This document shows, piece after piece, positions 35,135 through 45,504 of a stretch of DNA of 64,000 bases. The number at the start of each line of letters is the position of its first letter. The first letter of the stretch is position 1. Both the position numbers and the translations under genes were made by a program. Source of the DNA: Pirellulales bacterium (GTDB taxonomy: Bacteria; Planctomycetota; Planctomycetia; Pirellulales; UBA1268); assembly GCA_017853835.1 (NCBI GenBank), contig JAFMIU010000002.1, forward strand, positions 44,755 to 108,754. The letters are read 5' to 3'. The notes below the pieces were generated by a model. It ran no database searches, was not told where the DNA came from, and was given only the letters and a program-made list of their open reading frames with translations.

Positions 35135-35163
35135 GATGTAGCAGGATAGTGTACAGATGTCAA
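35135..35163 (-). promoter_or_regulatory. putative sigma70-type promoter for csrA
   Basis: The minus strand reads TTGACA (35163-35158), a 17-nt spacer, then TACATC (35140-35135), about 40 nt upstream of the csrA ATG. The -35 is perfect and the -10 is weak. Planctomycete promoter rules are poorly known. Confidence 0.25.
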
Positions 35164-35369
35164 CTGACCGGCCGCCCTGACGATCGGCGAGCGACATCCA
35201 CCGTCCCGCCACTGACATTGGCACCTCGCCACCCGCCGCCCAAGTCGACGGGTTAGGAAAGATGTGAGGCAGAGGAAGTATCGTCCGGTCCGGAAGACTT
35301 TCTTGCCGGCGTGTCAAACACCTCCGCGCATGCCGATCATGACGGCAGCGCCCCTCGATCTCCCAGGGT

Positions 35370-36221
35370 TCACGGACCCTTCTTCACAAGCCGAGACGGC
35401 TCCGGCTCACGGTCGATGAACGCGGCCAAGTCGATGGCCTCCGCGGCGGCGACGTGCGCCTTCGCGTTTTCAATGCGGTCGAGATCTTCCGCCAACAATC
35501 GCGGATGCACGCGATGCACGCACCGCATCTTCTCCGGCCGTCCTCCCAACGGGGAGAGTCGGCTTTCCACTTCGAGGGTCACCTCGCGGGGAATCGCCTG
35601 CGCATCATTGAGTCTTCGGTTGACCGCCAGACGCGGAAACGGCGGGATGCCGCCCGGCTGCATCAGCGCTTTGAGCAGGATGGCCGTGTCGGCAAACCGT
35701 CGATACTGCTCAGCCGCCTCCGCACACGGTGCCTCGTCGTAGGCGACCGCGTAACGCACCCGCGGGCCGACGAGTTCCATGCGATCGTCGTCTTCCGTGA
35801 AACCGGAGGCGAAATCTGGGCCGCCTGCCCAACGCACCAGGCGGTCATCGTTGCTTCGGGCCCACTTCGCCAGGGAAACGCTCAGCCTCTCGAGACGAAT
35901 CAGGTCAACCTGCGTCTTCACTCGCCGCTCGGGGTCGATCACAACGACTCGTTCGCGGGCCGGGTCGTGCAGGACGATCTCGGCAACCGCCGAATCCACG
36001 TTCGCTGCCTTGGGGGCATCGAGAAAATCCCACGCCAGTCCGTCATGAAAGAGCGTGAGGCTTCGCGCGACCGGTTCGGCGGCGCCGGCAAACAGTTCGC
36101 TTTCGACACGCAACTCGCAGGGACGGCCTTCCTCCAACGACTCGGCGGCAGCCGTCGCCAGGAAAAACGAAACCGCGAGCATCGCCGCCGTATGGAATCT
36201 GATCATCGTGTCGACGGTCAT
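35370..36221 (-). CDS. hypothetical exported protein
   Basis: 283-aa ORF. N-terminal MTVDTMIRFHTAAMLAVSFFLATAAAE signal peptide. Coding-like composition. No family recognised. Confidence 0.6.
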   Translation of the reverse strand: MTVDTMIRFHTAAMLAVSFFLATAAAESLEEGRPCELRVESELFAGAAEPVARSLTLFHDGLAWDFLDAPKAANVDSAVAEIVLHDPARERVVVIDPERRVKTQVDLIRLERLSVSLAKWARSNDDRLVRWAGGPDFASGFTEDDDRMELVGPRVRYAVAYDEAPCAEAAEQYRRFADTAILLKALMQPGGIPPFPRLAVNRRLNDAQAIPREVTLEVESRLSPLGGRPEKMRCVHRVHPRLLAEDLDRIENAKAHVAAAEAIDLAAFIDREPEPSRLVKKGP

Positions 36222-36345
36222 GGTCTGCCCTCCGGGTCGAAGACGGTAGCAAACCCGGCAGCCCCGCCCAAGACGTGCTCACGGCCGAAAACCGGCGTTC
36301 TTCCCTACACTGACGCTGTCATCCGCCACTCCCTCGCTCCCCGTC

Positions 36346-38058
36346 ATGTTTCTCACCGATCTCGTCATCGTCTTCGCCGTGGCCGCGGCGGTCGTCTTCG
36401 CCTTCGGTCGCCTCAGGCTGCCGAGCGTGGTCGGCCTGCTCGTGTCCGGCGTGCTCGTCGGCCCTTACGGCCTGTCGATGGTGTCCGATGTGCATGCCGT
36501 CGAAATACTCGCCGAGATCGGCGTGGTGGTTCTCCTGTTCACGGTGGGACTCGAGTTTTCCCTCTCCCGCGTGATCGTCTTGCTGCCAACAATGGTCGCC
36601 GTGGGCGTGCCTCAGATCCTCGGCACGACGGCGATCGTGGCCATCGCCACCTGGTGGCATCTCGGATCGCTGCCGCAGGCCGTGTTCGCCGGGCTTCTCG
36701 TCGCGATGTCGAGCACCGCGATCGCACTGAAGGTCTTGGCCGATCGCGGCGAAACAGCGGCCCCCCATGGCCGTGTCGCCGTGGCGGTGCTCCTGCTCCA
36801 GGATCTCGTGGTGGTGGCGGCGATGCTCGCCATTCCACTGCTGGCGGCCGCCGCCGGATCCTCTTCCGCCGTGCCCTCCGCTCCTGCAGCCTCGCCGATC
36901 GCCTCCGTGGCCCTGGGTCTCACGGTCATCGCCGCCGTGATCGTGCTGGGGCGACTGGTGGTGCCCCGGGTGCTCCACCACGTCGTTCGCTTGCGAAACC
37001 GCGAACTCTTCCTCATGACGATCGTCCTGGCCTGCCTGGGCACCGCGGCGATCACCGCCCAGGTTGGCCTTTCCCTCGCGCTCGGAGCCTTTCTCGCCGG
37101 CCTGCTCCTGTCCGAGAGCGAATATGGTCACCAGGCCTTCGCCGAGGTGCTTCCTTTTCGCGACACCCTCGCCAGCCTTTTTTTCGTGTCGGTGGGGATG
37201 CTCCTCGACCTCGAGTTCCTCGTGCACCACATCGGCCTGATCACGCTCGCCGTCATCGCAATCGTGGCTGGCAAGACGATCGTCACGGCCGTACCGTCCA
37301 TCATGTCTGGCTACCCGCCACGCACGAGCCTGCTTGCCGGCGCGGCGATTGCGCAGGTGGGTGAGTTTTCCTTCGTGCTCGGCTCACGCGGAGAAGACGC
37401 CGGCCTCCTCCGCGGCGATGACTACCAAACCTTTCTGGCGGCCGCCGTGATCACCATGGCCGTCACGCCCCTCATCTCGACGGTTCTGCCGGGATGGCTC
37501 CAACGACTCGCCCTGACACGGCTCTGTCGACAGTGGCTCGGTGAGTCACGACCCCATGACGGCACCCATGCCCTCTCGGATCACGTGGTGATCGCAGGCT
37601 TCGGCATCAATGGCCGCAACCTCGCCGCAGCCCTGACGGAGTTTGGGGTGCCTCACGTGATTCTCGAACTCAATCCGGAAACGGTGCGGCGGGAACGGGC
37701 AGCCGGCCGCGACATCCACTTCGGCGACTGCACCCGCACCGCGGTGCTCGAACTCGTCGGCCTTCCCCGGGCGCGGGCCTACGTCGTCGCCATCTCCGAC
37801 CCCGCGAGCAGTCGCCGGAGCATCAGCATCGCCCGAGAACTCTCCCCTTCTCTTCGCATCATCGCCCGCACCGAATACCTGGTCGAGGTCGATGAACTGC
37901 GGGCCCTCGGTGCGAACGACGTGATCCCCGCCGAGTTTGAAACGTCGCTCGCCCTGTTTGATCGCGTCCTCACCATCTACGGCGTGCCCGATGAGACGAT
38001 CAACGAACGCATCGACCGGCTGCGTCTGGAAAACTACGGCCTTCTTCGGTCACGCTGA
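36346..38058 (+). CDS. monovalent cation:proton antiporter-2 (CPA2, Kef-type) with C-terminal RCK/TrkA-N domain
   Basis: 570 aa. The N-terminal ~390 aa are polytopic (LLVSGVLVGPYGL, LLFTVGLEFS, GAFLAGLLLSESEY). The Rossmann motif HVVIAGFGINGRN follows, with ARAYVVAISD. Confidence 0.88.
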   Translation: MFLTDLVIVFAVAAAVVFAFGRLRLPSVVGLLVSGVLVGPYGLSMVSDVHAVEILAEIGVVVLLFTVGLEFSLSRVIVLLPTMVAVGVPQILGTTAIVAIATWWHLGSLPQAVFAGLLVAMSSTAIALKVLADRGETAAPHGRVAVAVLLLQDLVVVAAMLAIPLLAAAAGSSSAVPSAPAASPIASVALGLTVIAAVIVLGRLVVPRVLHHVVRLRNRELFLMTIVLACLGTAAITAQVGLSLALGAFLAGLLLSESEYGHQAFAEVLPFRDTLASLFFVSVGMLLDLEFLVHHIGLITLAVIAIVAGKTIVTAVPSIMSGYPPRTSLLAGAAIAQVGEFSFVLGSRGEDAGLLRGDDYQTFLAAAVITMAVTPLISTVLPGWLQRLALTRLCRQWLGESRPHDGTHALSDHVVIAGFGINGRNLAAALTEFGVPHVILELNPETVRRERAAGRDIHFGDCTRTAVLELVGLPRARAYVVAISDPASSRRSISIARELSPSLRIIARTEYLVEVDELRALGANDVIPAEFETSLALFDRVLTIYGVPDETINERIDRLRLENYGLLRSR

Positions 38059-38135
38059 CCAGTTTGATGCGGCCGGCCAGCGGCTCGTCTCATGCCGCGG
38101 CCGTCCGACCTCGCCTGCCGTGGCGACACGGCCGG

Positions 38136-38717
38136 TCAGAGTTCTCCCTTGACCGCAAGGTCGTGGAAGTAGTGCGTCACCTTCGATTGATTGGCCAGCA
38201 GCCAGTCGATCGAGGGCTCATACCTCATCGCCTTCCCGATGGCCTTGGCCGTGGCCTCGCGGTTGGTGCGAAACAGGATTTCCGGATCGTACTCCGCGTC
38301 GATGATCGACGGATCGAGCCACACCGACACGATGATGCCAAGATCGTTGGCCTTGCGCTTCGGGAGGTCCCCGGCTCGAACCGCGTCGAGCACTCCATGA
38401 GCAATCGCCGCCTGCACCGTGCCCATGAGGATGTTGGTGTATTTCTCGTTCTTGACGGTGACCTTGCTCACCATCAGCGTGGCCGGCCGCACCTGGACAT
38501 CGGAGTTGAGAATGGCGAACACCCGTGAATGGCCCTTCGTCTGATCCCCGAGAAGGTTGGCCATCGCGTAGCCCACGGGGCCGTCCAGTTCCCCGATGAC
38601 AACCTCGGGCTCGGCCGCGCTCCAGCCGGCCTCGTCCTCGACGAGCGCCTCGCCAGTCCGCATCACGATTCTTCCACCCGACACCGGGCGACGAGCCGGC
38701 TTCTTCTTCGCCATCAT
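38136..38717 (-). CDS. fae: formaldehyde-activating enzyme (Fae/Fae-like)
   Basis: ORF 38136..38795. AAGGAGA lies upstream of the ATGATG at 38717/38714. The core aligns by eye to Fae: [30 protein letters not shown]...[27 protein letters not shown]...[21 protein letters not shown]...[11 protein letters not shown]. There is an 18-aa Lys/Arg-rich N-terminal extension. Confidence 0.8.
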   Translation of the reverse strand: MMAKKKPARRPVSGGRIVMRTGEALVEDEAGWSAAEPEVVIGELDGPVGYAMANLLGDQTKGHSRVFAILNSDVQVRPATLMVSKVTVKNEKYTNILMGTVQAAIAHGVLDAVRAGDLPKRKANDLGIIVSVWLDPSIIDAEYDPEILFRTNREATAKAIGKAMRYEPSIDWLLANQSKVTHYFHDLAVKGEL

Positions 38718-38827
38718 GGTCTCCTTCACGCGACAGGCTTGCGGCGGCGTGCTCCCGCCGCCCGGGCTACACTTTATCAGACCGTCGCCGGCCACCCATC
38801 CGCCGAAGAACGTCGCGGAGGCTCCAC

Positions 38828-39157
38828 ATGCACTGGCTCTATCTCACCGTCGCGATCATCGCCGAGGTCGTGGCGACGAGTTTTCTCAAAAAGGCCTCGG
38901 GCTTCACGCGGCCTGGCCCGACGCTGCTGGTGCTCGCCGGCTACGGCGTGGCGTTTTGGTTTCTTTCGCTCACGCTCGAACGGATCCCGGTCGGCGTGGG
39001 GTATGCGATCTGGTCCGGGGTGGGCGTGACCCTGATCGCCGCCATCGGCTGGCTTGTCTACGGCGAACGGCTCGACGCGGCAGCCATCGTCGGCATGGGC
39101 CTCATCGTGGCGGGTGTGGTCGTGCTCAATCTTTTCTCGAAGGTGGCGGCGCACTGA
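38828..39157 (+). CDS. small multidrug resistance (SMR/EmrE-type) efflux transporter
   Basis: 109 aa with four TM helices. The conserved TM1 Glu is in [13 protein letters not shown], and the sequence includes [18 protein letters not shown] lies upstream of the ATG. Confidence 0.9.
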   Translation: MHWLYLTVAIIAEVVATSFLKKASGFTRPGPTLLVLAGYGVAFWFLSLTLERIPVGVGYAIWSGVGVTLIAAIGWLVYGERLDAAAIVGMGLIVAGVVVLNLFSKVAAH

Positions 39158-39245
39158 CCGCGCCGGCTCCCGGGGCCGCCGCGGCCCACGGCGACGAGAC
39201 GTTGGCCGTGCCCGAGCCGGCCGATCCGCAGAACCCAGATGCGGT

Positions 39246-40007
39246 CTAAAAAAGCAGTTTCAGGCTGGCGATTCCCAGCACCACAGCCATGAGCAGCCGC
39301 AGGCCGCGAAGCGGAATCGCAAAGGCCCCGAGCGATGAGCCGATCGCCCCGCCAACGGCCACCGCCCCGACGAGTTCCATGCCCGGCGTCGGGATTGCGC
39401 GGCCAGCCATCGCCCCCCCCAGAAGTCCCGCCAGCGAGTTGACGAGAATGAAGGCCGCCGACACCGCGGCGACCGTACGGAGGCGGGCGACACCTGCAGC
39501 CAGGAGCACCGGTGTCAGAAACACGCCGCCCCCGACACCCGTCAGGCCCGAGAGGAATCCGACGATCGCCCCAAGGCCGGCAAACGCCGCGTGCCGTCGC
39601 CACGGCCGCGTTGGCTCCCAGACGACCGGTTCGTCATCGAGGGCGGAGTCGGGCTCGGCAAACGTGTCGCGCACGAGCCGAAACGACGAATACCCGAGCA
39701 TCATCCCCAGCGCCGCCTCGAACGCAAAGGTCGGCAGGGCCAGCCATCCGCCAAGGGCCGCCGCCGGCACGCTGGCGACCGCCAGCGACGCAAACAGCTT
39801 CCAGTCGAAATGACCGGCGCGGACAAACTGCACGGTGCCGATGGCGGCAACGACCACATTGAGCATCAGCGCCGTGGGACGAATGAACTCGGGGGGCAAG
39901 CCCCAGAGACTCATCACCGCGATGTAGCCGGTGGCGCCGGCATGGCCCACCGAGGCATAGATCGCCGCGATCACGGCAAGAACGATGGCAAGCGGCCACG
40001 TGGTCAT
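39246..40007 (-). CDS. TauE/SafE (TSUP) family anion exporter
   Basis: Only the 3' 253 codons of ORF 39246..41093 are real, with ATG at 40007 (MTTWPLAIVLAVIAAIYASVGHAGATGY). An internal repeat carries GFLSGLTGVGGGVFLTP. The start overlaps the upstream DUF2237 stop (ATGA). Confidence 0.85.
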   Translation of the reverse strand: MTTWPLAIVLAVIAAIYASVGHAGATGYIAVMSLWGLPPEFIRPTALMLNVVVAAIGTVQFVRAGHFDWKLFASLAVASVPAAALGGWLALPTFAFEAALGMMLGYSSFRLVRDTFAEPDSALDDEPVVWEPTRPWRRHAAFAGLGAIVGFLSGLTGVGGGVFLTPVLLAAGVARLRTVAAVSAAFILVNSLAGLLGGAMAGRAIPTPGMELVGAVAVGGAIGSSLGAFAIPLRGLRLLMAVVLGIASLKLLF

Positions 40008-40411
40008 GGGAGTGGGGCTGCGTGTCGCCGCAGCAGATCGAGAGGGACGATCGCAAGCGTTTTTTCGTGAGTGGCCTCGAGCACGACCGGCGGCGCCTGG
40101 CCGGCCTCCGCCGCCTCCAGCCATCGGGAGGCACAGAGGCACCAGCGGTCGCCCGCCACGAGGCCCGGGAAATCCCACTGCGGCTGCGGCGTCACCAGGT
40201 CGTTGCCGGCCTTCACGGTGAAGGCAAGAAACTCCCGCGTCATCACCGCACACACCGTGTGCACACCGGCATCGTCCTCGCGCGTGCGACAGCACCCGTC
40301 CCGGAAAAACCCGGTAAGCGGCTGGCGGGAGCAAGCCACCAGCGGTCCGCCGAGGACGTTTCGCTCGCTGCCGGCTCGGTGGCTGTCCTGCGGATGGTCG
40401 AAGGCGATCAT
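40004..40411 (-). CDS. DUF2237-family small Cys-rich protein
   Basis: 135 aa. NVLGGPLVACSRQPLTGFFRDGCCRTREDDAGVHTVCAVMTREFLAFT...GNDLVTP...FPGLVAGDRWCLCASRW matches the DUF2237 pattern as I recall it. Confidence 0.8.
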   Translation of the reverse strand: MIAFDHPQDSHRAGSERNVLGGPLVACSRQPLTGFFRDGCCRTREDDAGVHTVCAVMTREFLAFTVKAGNDLVTPQPQWDFPGLVAGDRWCLCASRWLEAAEAGQAPPVVLEATHEKTLAIVPLDLLRRHAAPLP

Positions 40412-40523
40412 CCATCGCTCCCGTCGAAAAGAAGGTCATGTTCCCGGGATCGGTATGATGCCAACGGTTTCGTCCCCGGGCAACGGCGACGAACACTGAC
40501 CGCCCCCTGTCCGGATTCACCCG

Positions 40524-41099
40524 ATGCTGAGCCTTCAGTCCACGACCCCCCCCCGCTGGCTCGCCCAGGTCGATGCCGCCCTGCACGACGTGATCATCGA
40601 CCACGCCCACTGCGAGAAAAAAGCGGCCGGGGTGGCGATGAACCTGCTGTTTTCCTACGTGGATCACGTCGACCTGGCTCGCTCGATGACGGAGATCGTC
40701 AACGAGGAACTCGAGCACTTTCGACTCGTGCTCGACATCCTCGAACGGAGGGGCGTCCCGTTCCGGAAGCTGAAGCCGAGTTCCTACGGCGCCAGGCTCC
40801 ATGAACTCATCCGCAAGGATGAGCCAGGCCGGGCCGTCGATCGGCTGCTCGTCGCAGGCCTGATCGAGGCACGAAGCTGCGAGCGTTTTTCGGTGCTCGC
40901 GGACCATGTCGCCGACGCCGACCTCGCCGACTTCTATCGAAGCCTGTTCGAGTCGGAGGCACGGCATCACTCGACCTACGTGAGACTGGCCTGCACCTTT
41001 CAGCCCGAGGAGGAGGTGCGACGTCGGCTCCACGAACTCGCTGCGGCTGAAGCGACGATCATCGGTGAGGGTGACCCGTTTGCCAGGATGCACAGCTGA
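40524..41099 (+). CDS. miaE: MiaE-like ferritin-fold diiron protein (tRNA-(ms2io6A)-hydroxylase family)
   Basis: 191 aa. Four-helix-bundle diiron ligand pattern: [32 protein letters not shown] (two ExxH). Overall similarity to MiaE (WL..VD..L...++DHA.CE.KAA). Confidence 0.8.
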   Translation: MLSLQSTTPPRWLAQVDAALHDVIIDHAHCEKKAAGVAMNLLFSYVDHVDLARSMTEIVNEELEHFRLVLDILERRGVPFRKLKPSSYGARLHELIRKDEPGRAVDRLLVAGLIEARSCERFSVLADHVADADLADFYRSLFESEARHHSTYVRLACTFQPEEEVRRRLHELAAAEATIIGEGDPFARMHS

Positions 41100-41110
41100 G
41101 GAGTGCCCCG

Positions 41111-43060
41111 ATGACGACGACCACCGGCTCTGCCACGACGGGCCGATCTCCGTTCCCGGTCAATGAAACGATCGCCATCGGTGCGATCGTGGCACTGGCT
41201 GCCTGGGCGGTGCTGACCGGATTGGGCATCGGCGGCCAAACTGTGTCGCTCGGCCCGATCGATCCGTCCCGATGGTTTCCCGATCGCGGACTCACCGTCG
41301 CCGAGATTCCTCTCGTGATCGCGCTGCTCTTGGGGGGCATTCCGCTGGTGGGCGACCTGATCGGAAAACTTCTCGCCGGCACGTTCGGATCGGACCTTCT
41401 GGCGGGCATCTCGATCATCACCAGCATTCTGCTTGGCGAGTATCTCGCAGGTGTGCTCGTGGTGCTGATGCTGTCGGGAGGGGAGGCGCTCGAGTCGCGT
41501 GCGGTGAGCCGCGCCGGTGACGTGCTGGCGGCGCTGGCCCGCCGCATGCCCACCGTCGCCCACCGGAAGACCGCAGCGGGCATCACCGACGTGAGTCTGG
41601 GCGACGTGAGTCTGGGCGACGTGATCGTGGTGCTCCCCCACGAGATCTGCCCGGTGGACGGCAGCGTGCTGTCGGGCCGGGGCGCGATGGACGAAAGCTA
41701 TCTCACCGGCGAGCCCTACCGCATGGCCAAGGCTCCCGGATCGGCGGTGCTGTCGGGCAGCATCAATGGGGAGGCGGCGCTCGAGATCCGCACGGAAAAA
41801 GTCGCGGGCGACAGCCGCTATGCCAAGATCATGGAGGTGTTGCAAACGAGCGAGCAGCGGCGGCCCCGGCTTCGCCGCCTGGCCGACACGCTCGGCGGGT
41901 TTTACACGCCTCTCGCGGTCGCCATCGCGGCGGCCGCCTGGTGGTTCAGCGGCTCGGCAACACGGTTCCTCGCCGTGCTCGTGGTGGCCACTCCATGCCC
42001 CCTGCTCATCGCGATTCCCGTGGCGATCATCGGGGCCGTTTCGCTGGCGGCGAAGCGGGGCATCGTGATCCGCGATCCGGCGATCCTCGAACGGCTCGAC
42101 ACCTGCCGCACCGCGATCTTCGACAAGACCGGCACACTGACCTACGGCGAGCCCCAGCTGACAGAGGTTGTGGCGCTTTCGGCGCTCGCCGAGAACGACG
42201 TCCTGGCGCTCGCCGCCAGCCTCGAAGCCTATTCGAAGCATCCACTCGCCACCGCGGTCACGTCGGCGGCCGCCGATCGCGGGCTTCGCCTCGCCGAGGT
42301 GGACCAGCTCGCCGAGAAGCCGGGCCAGGGCCTGGTCGGATTCGTGCGACGCATGAGCGGCCATGCCGAGCCGCATGAAGTGGCGATCACGAGCCGGCAA
42401 AAACTCACCGCCGCCGATCCCCAGTCCGCCCTGCCGCCGGCGGCCGGCGGCCTGGAATGCGTCGTGGTGGTCGACGGGAAGGCCGCGGCCCTGCTCCGCT
42501 TCCGCGACGCGCCCCGGGCCGACGGCCGGTCGTTCGTGGAGCACCTCGGCCCTGCCCATCGCCTCGACCGGGTGATGCTCGTCTCCGGAGATCGCGAGAG
42601 CGAAGTGCGATGGCTGGCAGAGGCGGTCGGGATCAAGGAGGTGCACGCCGGGATCCAGCCCGAGGGAAAGCTGAAACTCGTCGAGGAGGCTGTTCGGGTG
42701 TCACCGGTGGTGTTCGTCGGCGACGGGATCAACGACGCGCCAGCCCTGGCGGCCGCCACCGTCGGCGTAGCCATGGGCACGGCCAGCGACGTGACCAGCG
42801 AGGCGGCGGGTGCCGTGGTGATGGATTCGTCGCTCGAACGTGTGGATGAGCTTTTTCACATCGCCTCGCGGATGCGCTCGATCGCGATTCAAAGCGCCGT
42901 CGGAGGCATGGTGGCGAGCCTCGCCGGCATGGGCTTCGCCGCCGCGGGGTTTCTGCCACCGGCTGCCGGCGCGCTCCTTCAGGAGGCGATCGACGTCGTC
43001 GCGGTGCTCAATGCCCTTCGGGTGTCATGGAACCGCGGGTCGCTCTCGGATTATTCGTGA
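41111..43060 (+). CDS. heavy-metal P1B-type ATPase with TPCP transmembrane motif (P1B-5-like), no metal-binding domain
   Basis: GAGGAG lies 7 nt upstream of the ATG, 12 nt after the miaE stop. Motifs: actuator TGEP; TM motif [13 protein letters not shown] (T-P-C-P instead of CPC); DKTGTLT; SKHP; [11 protein letters not shown]. There is no N-terminal HMA/CxxC domain and no C-terminal extension. Confidence 0.88.
   Translation: MTTTTGSATTGRSPFPVNETIAIGAIVALAAWAVLTGLGIGGQTVSLGPIDPSRWFPDRGLTVAEIPLVIALLLGGIPLVGDLIGKLLAGTFGSDLLAGISIITSILLGEYLAGVLVVLMLSGGEALESRAVSRAGDVLAALARRMPTVAHRKTAAGITDVSLGDVSLGDVIVVLPHEICPVDGSVLSGRGAMDESYLTGEPYRMAKAPGSAVLSGSINGEAALEIRTEKVAGDSRYAKIMEVLQTSEQRRPRLRRLADTLGGFYTPLAVAIAAAAWWFSGSATRFLAVLVVATPCPLLIAIPVAIIGAVSLAAKRGIVIRDPAILERLDTCRTAIFDKTGTLTYGEPQLTEVVALSALAENDVLALAASLEAYSKHPLATAVTSAAADRGLRLAEVDQLAEKPGQGLVGFVRRMSGHAEPHEVAITSRQKLTAADPQSALPPAAGGLECVVVVDGKAAALLRFRDAPRADGRSFVEHLGPAHRLDRVMLVSGDRESEVRWLAEAVGIKEVHAGIQPEGKLKLVEEAVRVSPVVFVGDGINDAPALAAATVGVAMGTASDVTSEAAGAVVMDSSLERVDELFHIASRMRSIAIQSAVGGMVASLAGMGFAAAGFLPPAAGALLQEAIDVVAVLNALRVSWNRGSLSDYS
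41588..41624 (+). repeat. in-frame 15-nt tandem duplication (2.5 copies) inside the ATPase gene
   Basis: gacgtgagtctgggc gacgtgagtctgggc gacgtga. It encodes [12 protein letters not shown] in the actuator-domain segment ...[27 protein letters not shown]. Confidence 0.95.
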
Positions 43061-43768
43061 CGCAACGGCGGCACCGGCCATCCACAGGGTGGCACCCGCC
43101 ATCGCGCCACCGGCCATCCCGATCGGCCCCGACGGCGTGGCGGCCACCGCGCACGCCAGGCTCGTTGCCGTGAGCCCGGCCGACTCCCCCACGCGGCGAC
43201 TGGCCTGCTGACTGGCCCCGCGCTGGTGGGCGGTCCATTCCGCCGCCAGCGCCGCCGCCTCGCCGATGAGGGTTGCCGGAAGCATCGTGGCGAGGCCGAG
43301 GCGAACCGACGTGCCGATCGCGGTGCGAACCACCACGCGCGGCGCCGTGCCGGCCGCCAGCCGCGCCGAAACCGCAGCCGCCGCTCTCGATGCCGCCGCC
43401 GCCACACGTCCCAGCACGATGTCGACCTGTCGACTGGCACGCCTTCCCGTGGCGCACCACGTGGCGAAGTGTTCGCAGTTGTCGATCACCGGGTCATACC
43501 CCTCGCGACCAACATGGGCGAGAGCCCTCGCGACGACCTCGTCGGGGGGAAACGATGCGGGCGGATCATTCCGAATCCGCACCCCCCGCCCATCGGCAAA
43601 CTCAGCGACACTGGTCCTCACGACGTGCCCGCCGCCGAATGGGTTACGAAACTGCCGCGGTCGGGCATGCACCACGGTGCCGTCCCCAACGTCCACCCCG
43701 TGGTGGAGATACGTGACGGTCGACCCGACGATGCGATGCTCAACCTCGAGACGGTCTCCTCGCGCCAT
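43025..43768 (-). CDS. LRAT/NlpC-P60-superfamily (H-box / NCEHF) protein with hydrophobic C-terminal region
   Basis: ORF 43025..43807, ATG at 43768 ([14 protein letters not shown]). [16 protein letters not shown] provides the His, and [18 protein letters not shown] provides the catalytic Cys, as in LRAT-like acyltransferases/peptidases. The C-terminal ~120 aa are Ala/Gly-rich and hydrophobic. The 3' end overlaps the ATPase 3' end by 36 nt. Confidence 0.75.
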   Translation of the reverse strand: MARGDRLEVEHRIVGSTVTYLHHGVDVGDGTVVHARPRQFRNPFGGGHVVRTSVAEFADGRGVRIRNDPPASFPPDEVVARALAHVGREGYDPVIDNCEHFATWCATGRRASRQVDIVLGRVAAAASRAAAAVSARLAAGTAPRVVVRTAIGTSVRLGLATMLPATLIGEAAALAAEWTAHQRGASQQASRRVGESAGLTATSLACAVAATPSGPIGMAGGAMAGATLWMAGAAVASRIIRERPAVP

Positions 43769-43941
43769 GGCGACACCTTCCTCCTGTCGTCCGTACGCGG
43801 CCCGCACCCGGCAGGTTCGGCCGCAGGATTTTCGGATTTGCCGACGGCCTCAGGCTACGTCCTTGTGTGTGGGTGTCCTACCACCTAAGGTTGAAACGCC
43901 TCGTTTCGGGGTGAAATCGCGTCCGCCGGAAGGAAACGACC

Positions 43942-45495
<1,554 letters not shown>

Positions 45496-45504
45496 CGATG
45501 CCGG

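Noticed and set aside
35454-37364. 636-aa plus-strand ORF
   Set aside because: Its first half is antisense to the exported hypothetical gene. Its second half is out of frame with the CPA2 antiporter, whose TM/RCK motifs read in the 36346 frame. The sequence is Arg/Pro/Gly-rich nonsense.
40008-41093. 5' portion of the 615-aa minus-strand ORF 39246..41093
   Set aside because: Only the last 253 codons (TauE/SafE) look real. The remainder overlaps DUF2237 in a different frame and is antisense to miaE.
41000-42646. 548-aa minus-strand ORF
   Set aside because: It is antisense to the P-type ATPase (DKTGT, TGEP and GDGINDAP all read on the plus strand). It has no recognisable domain.
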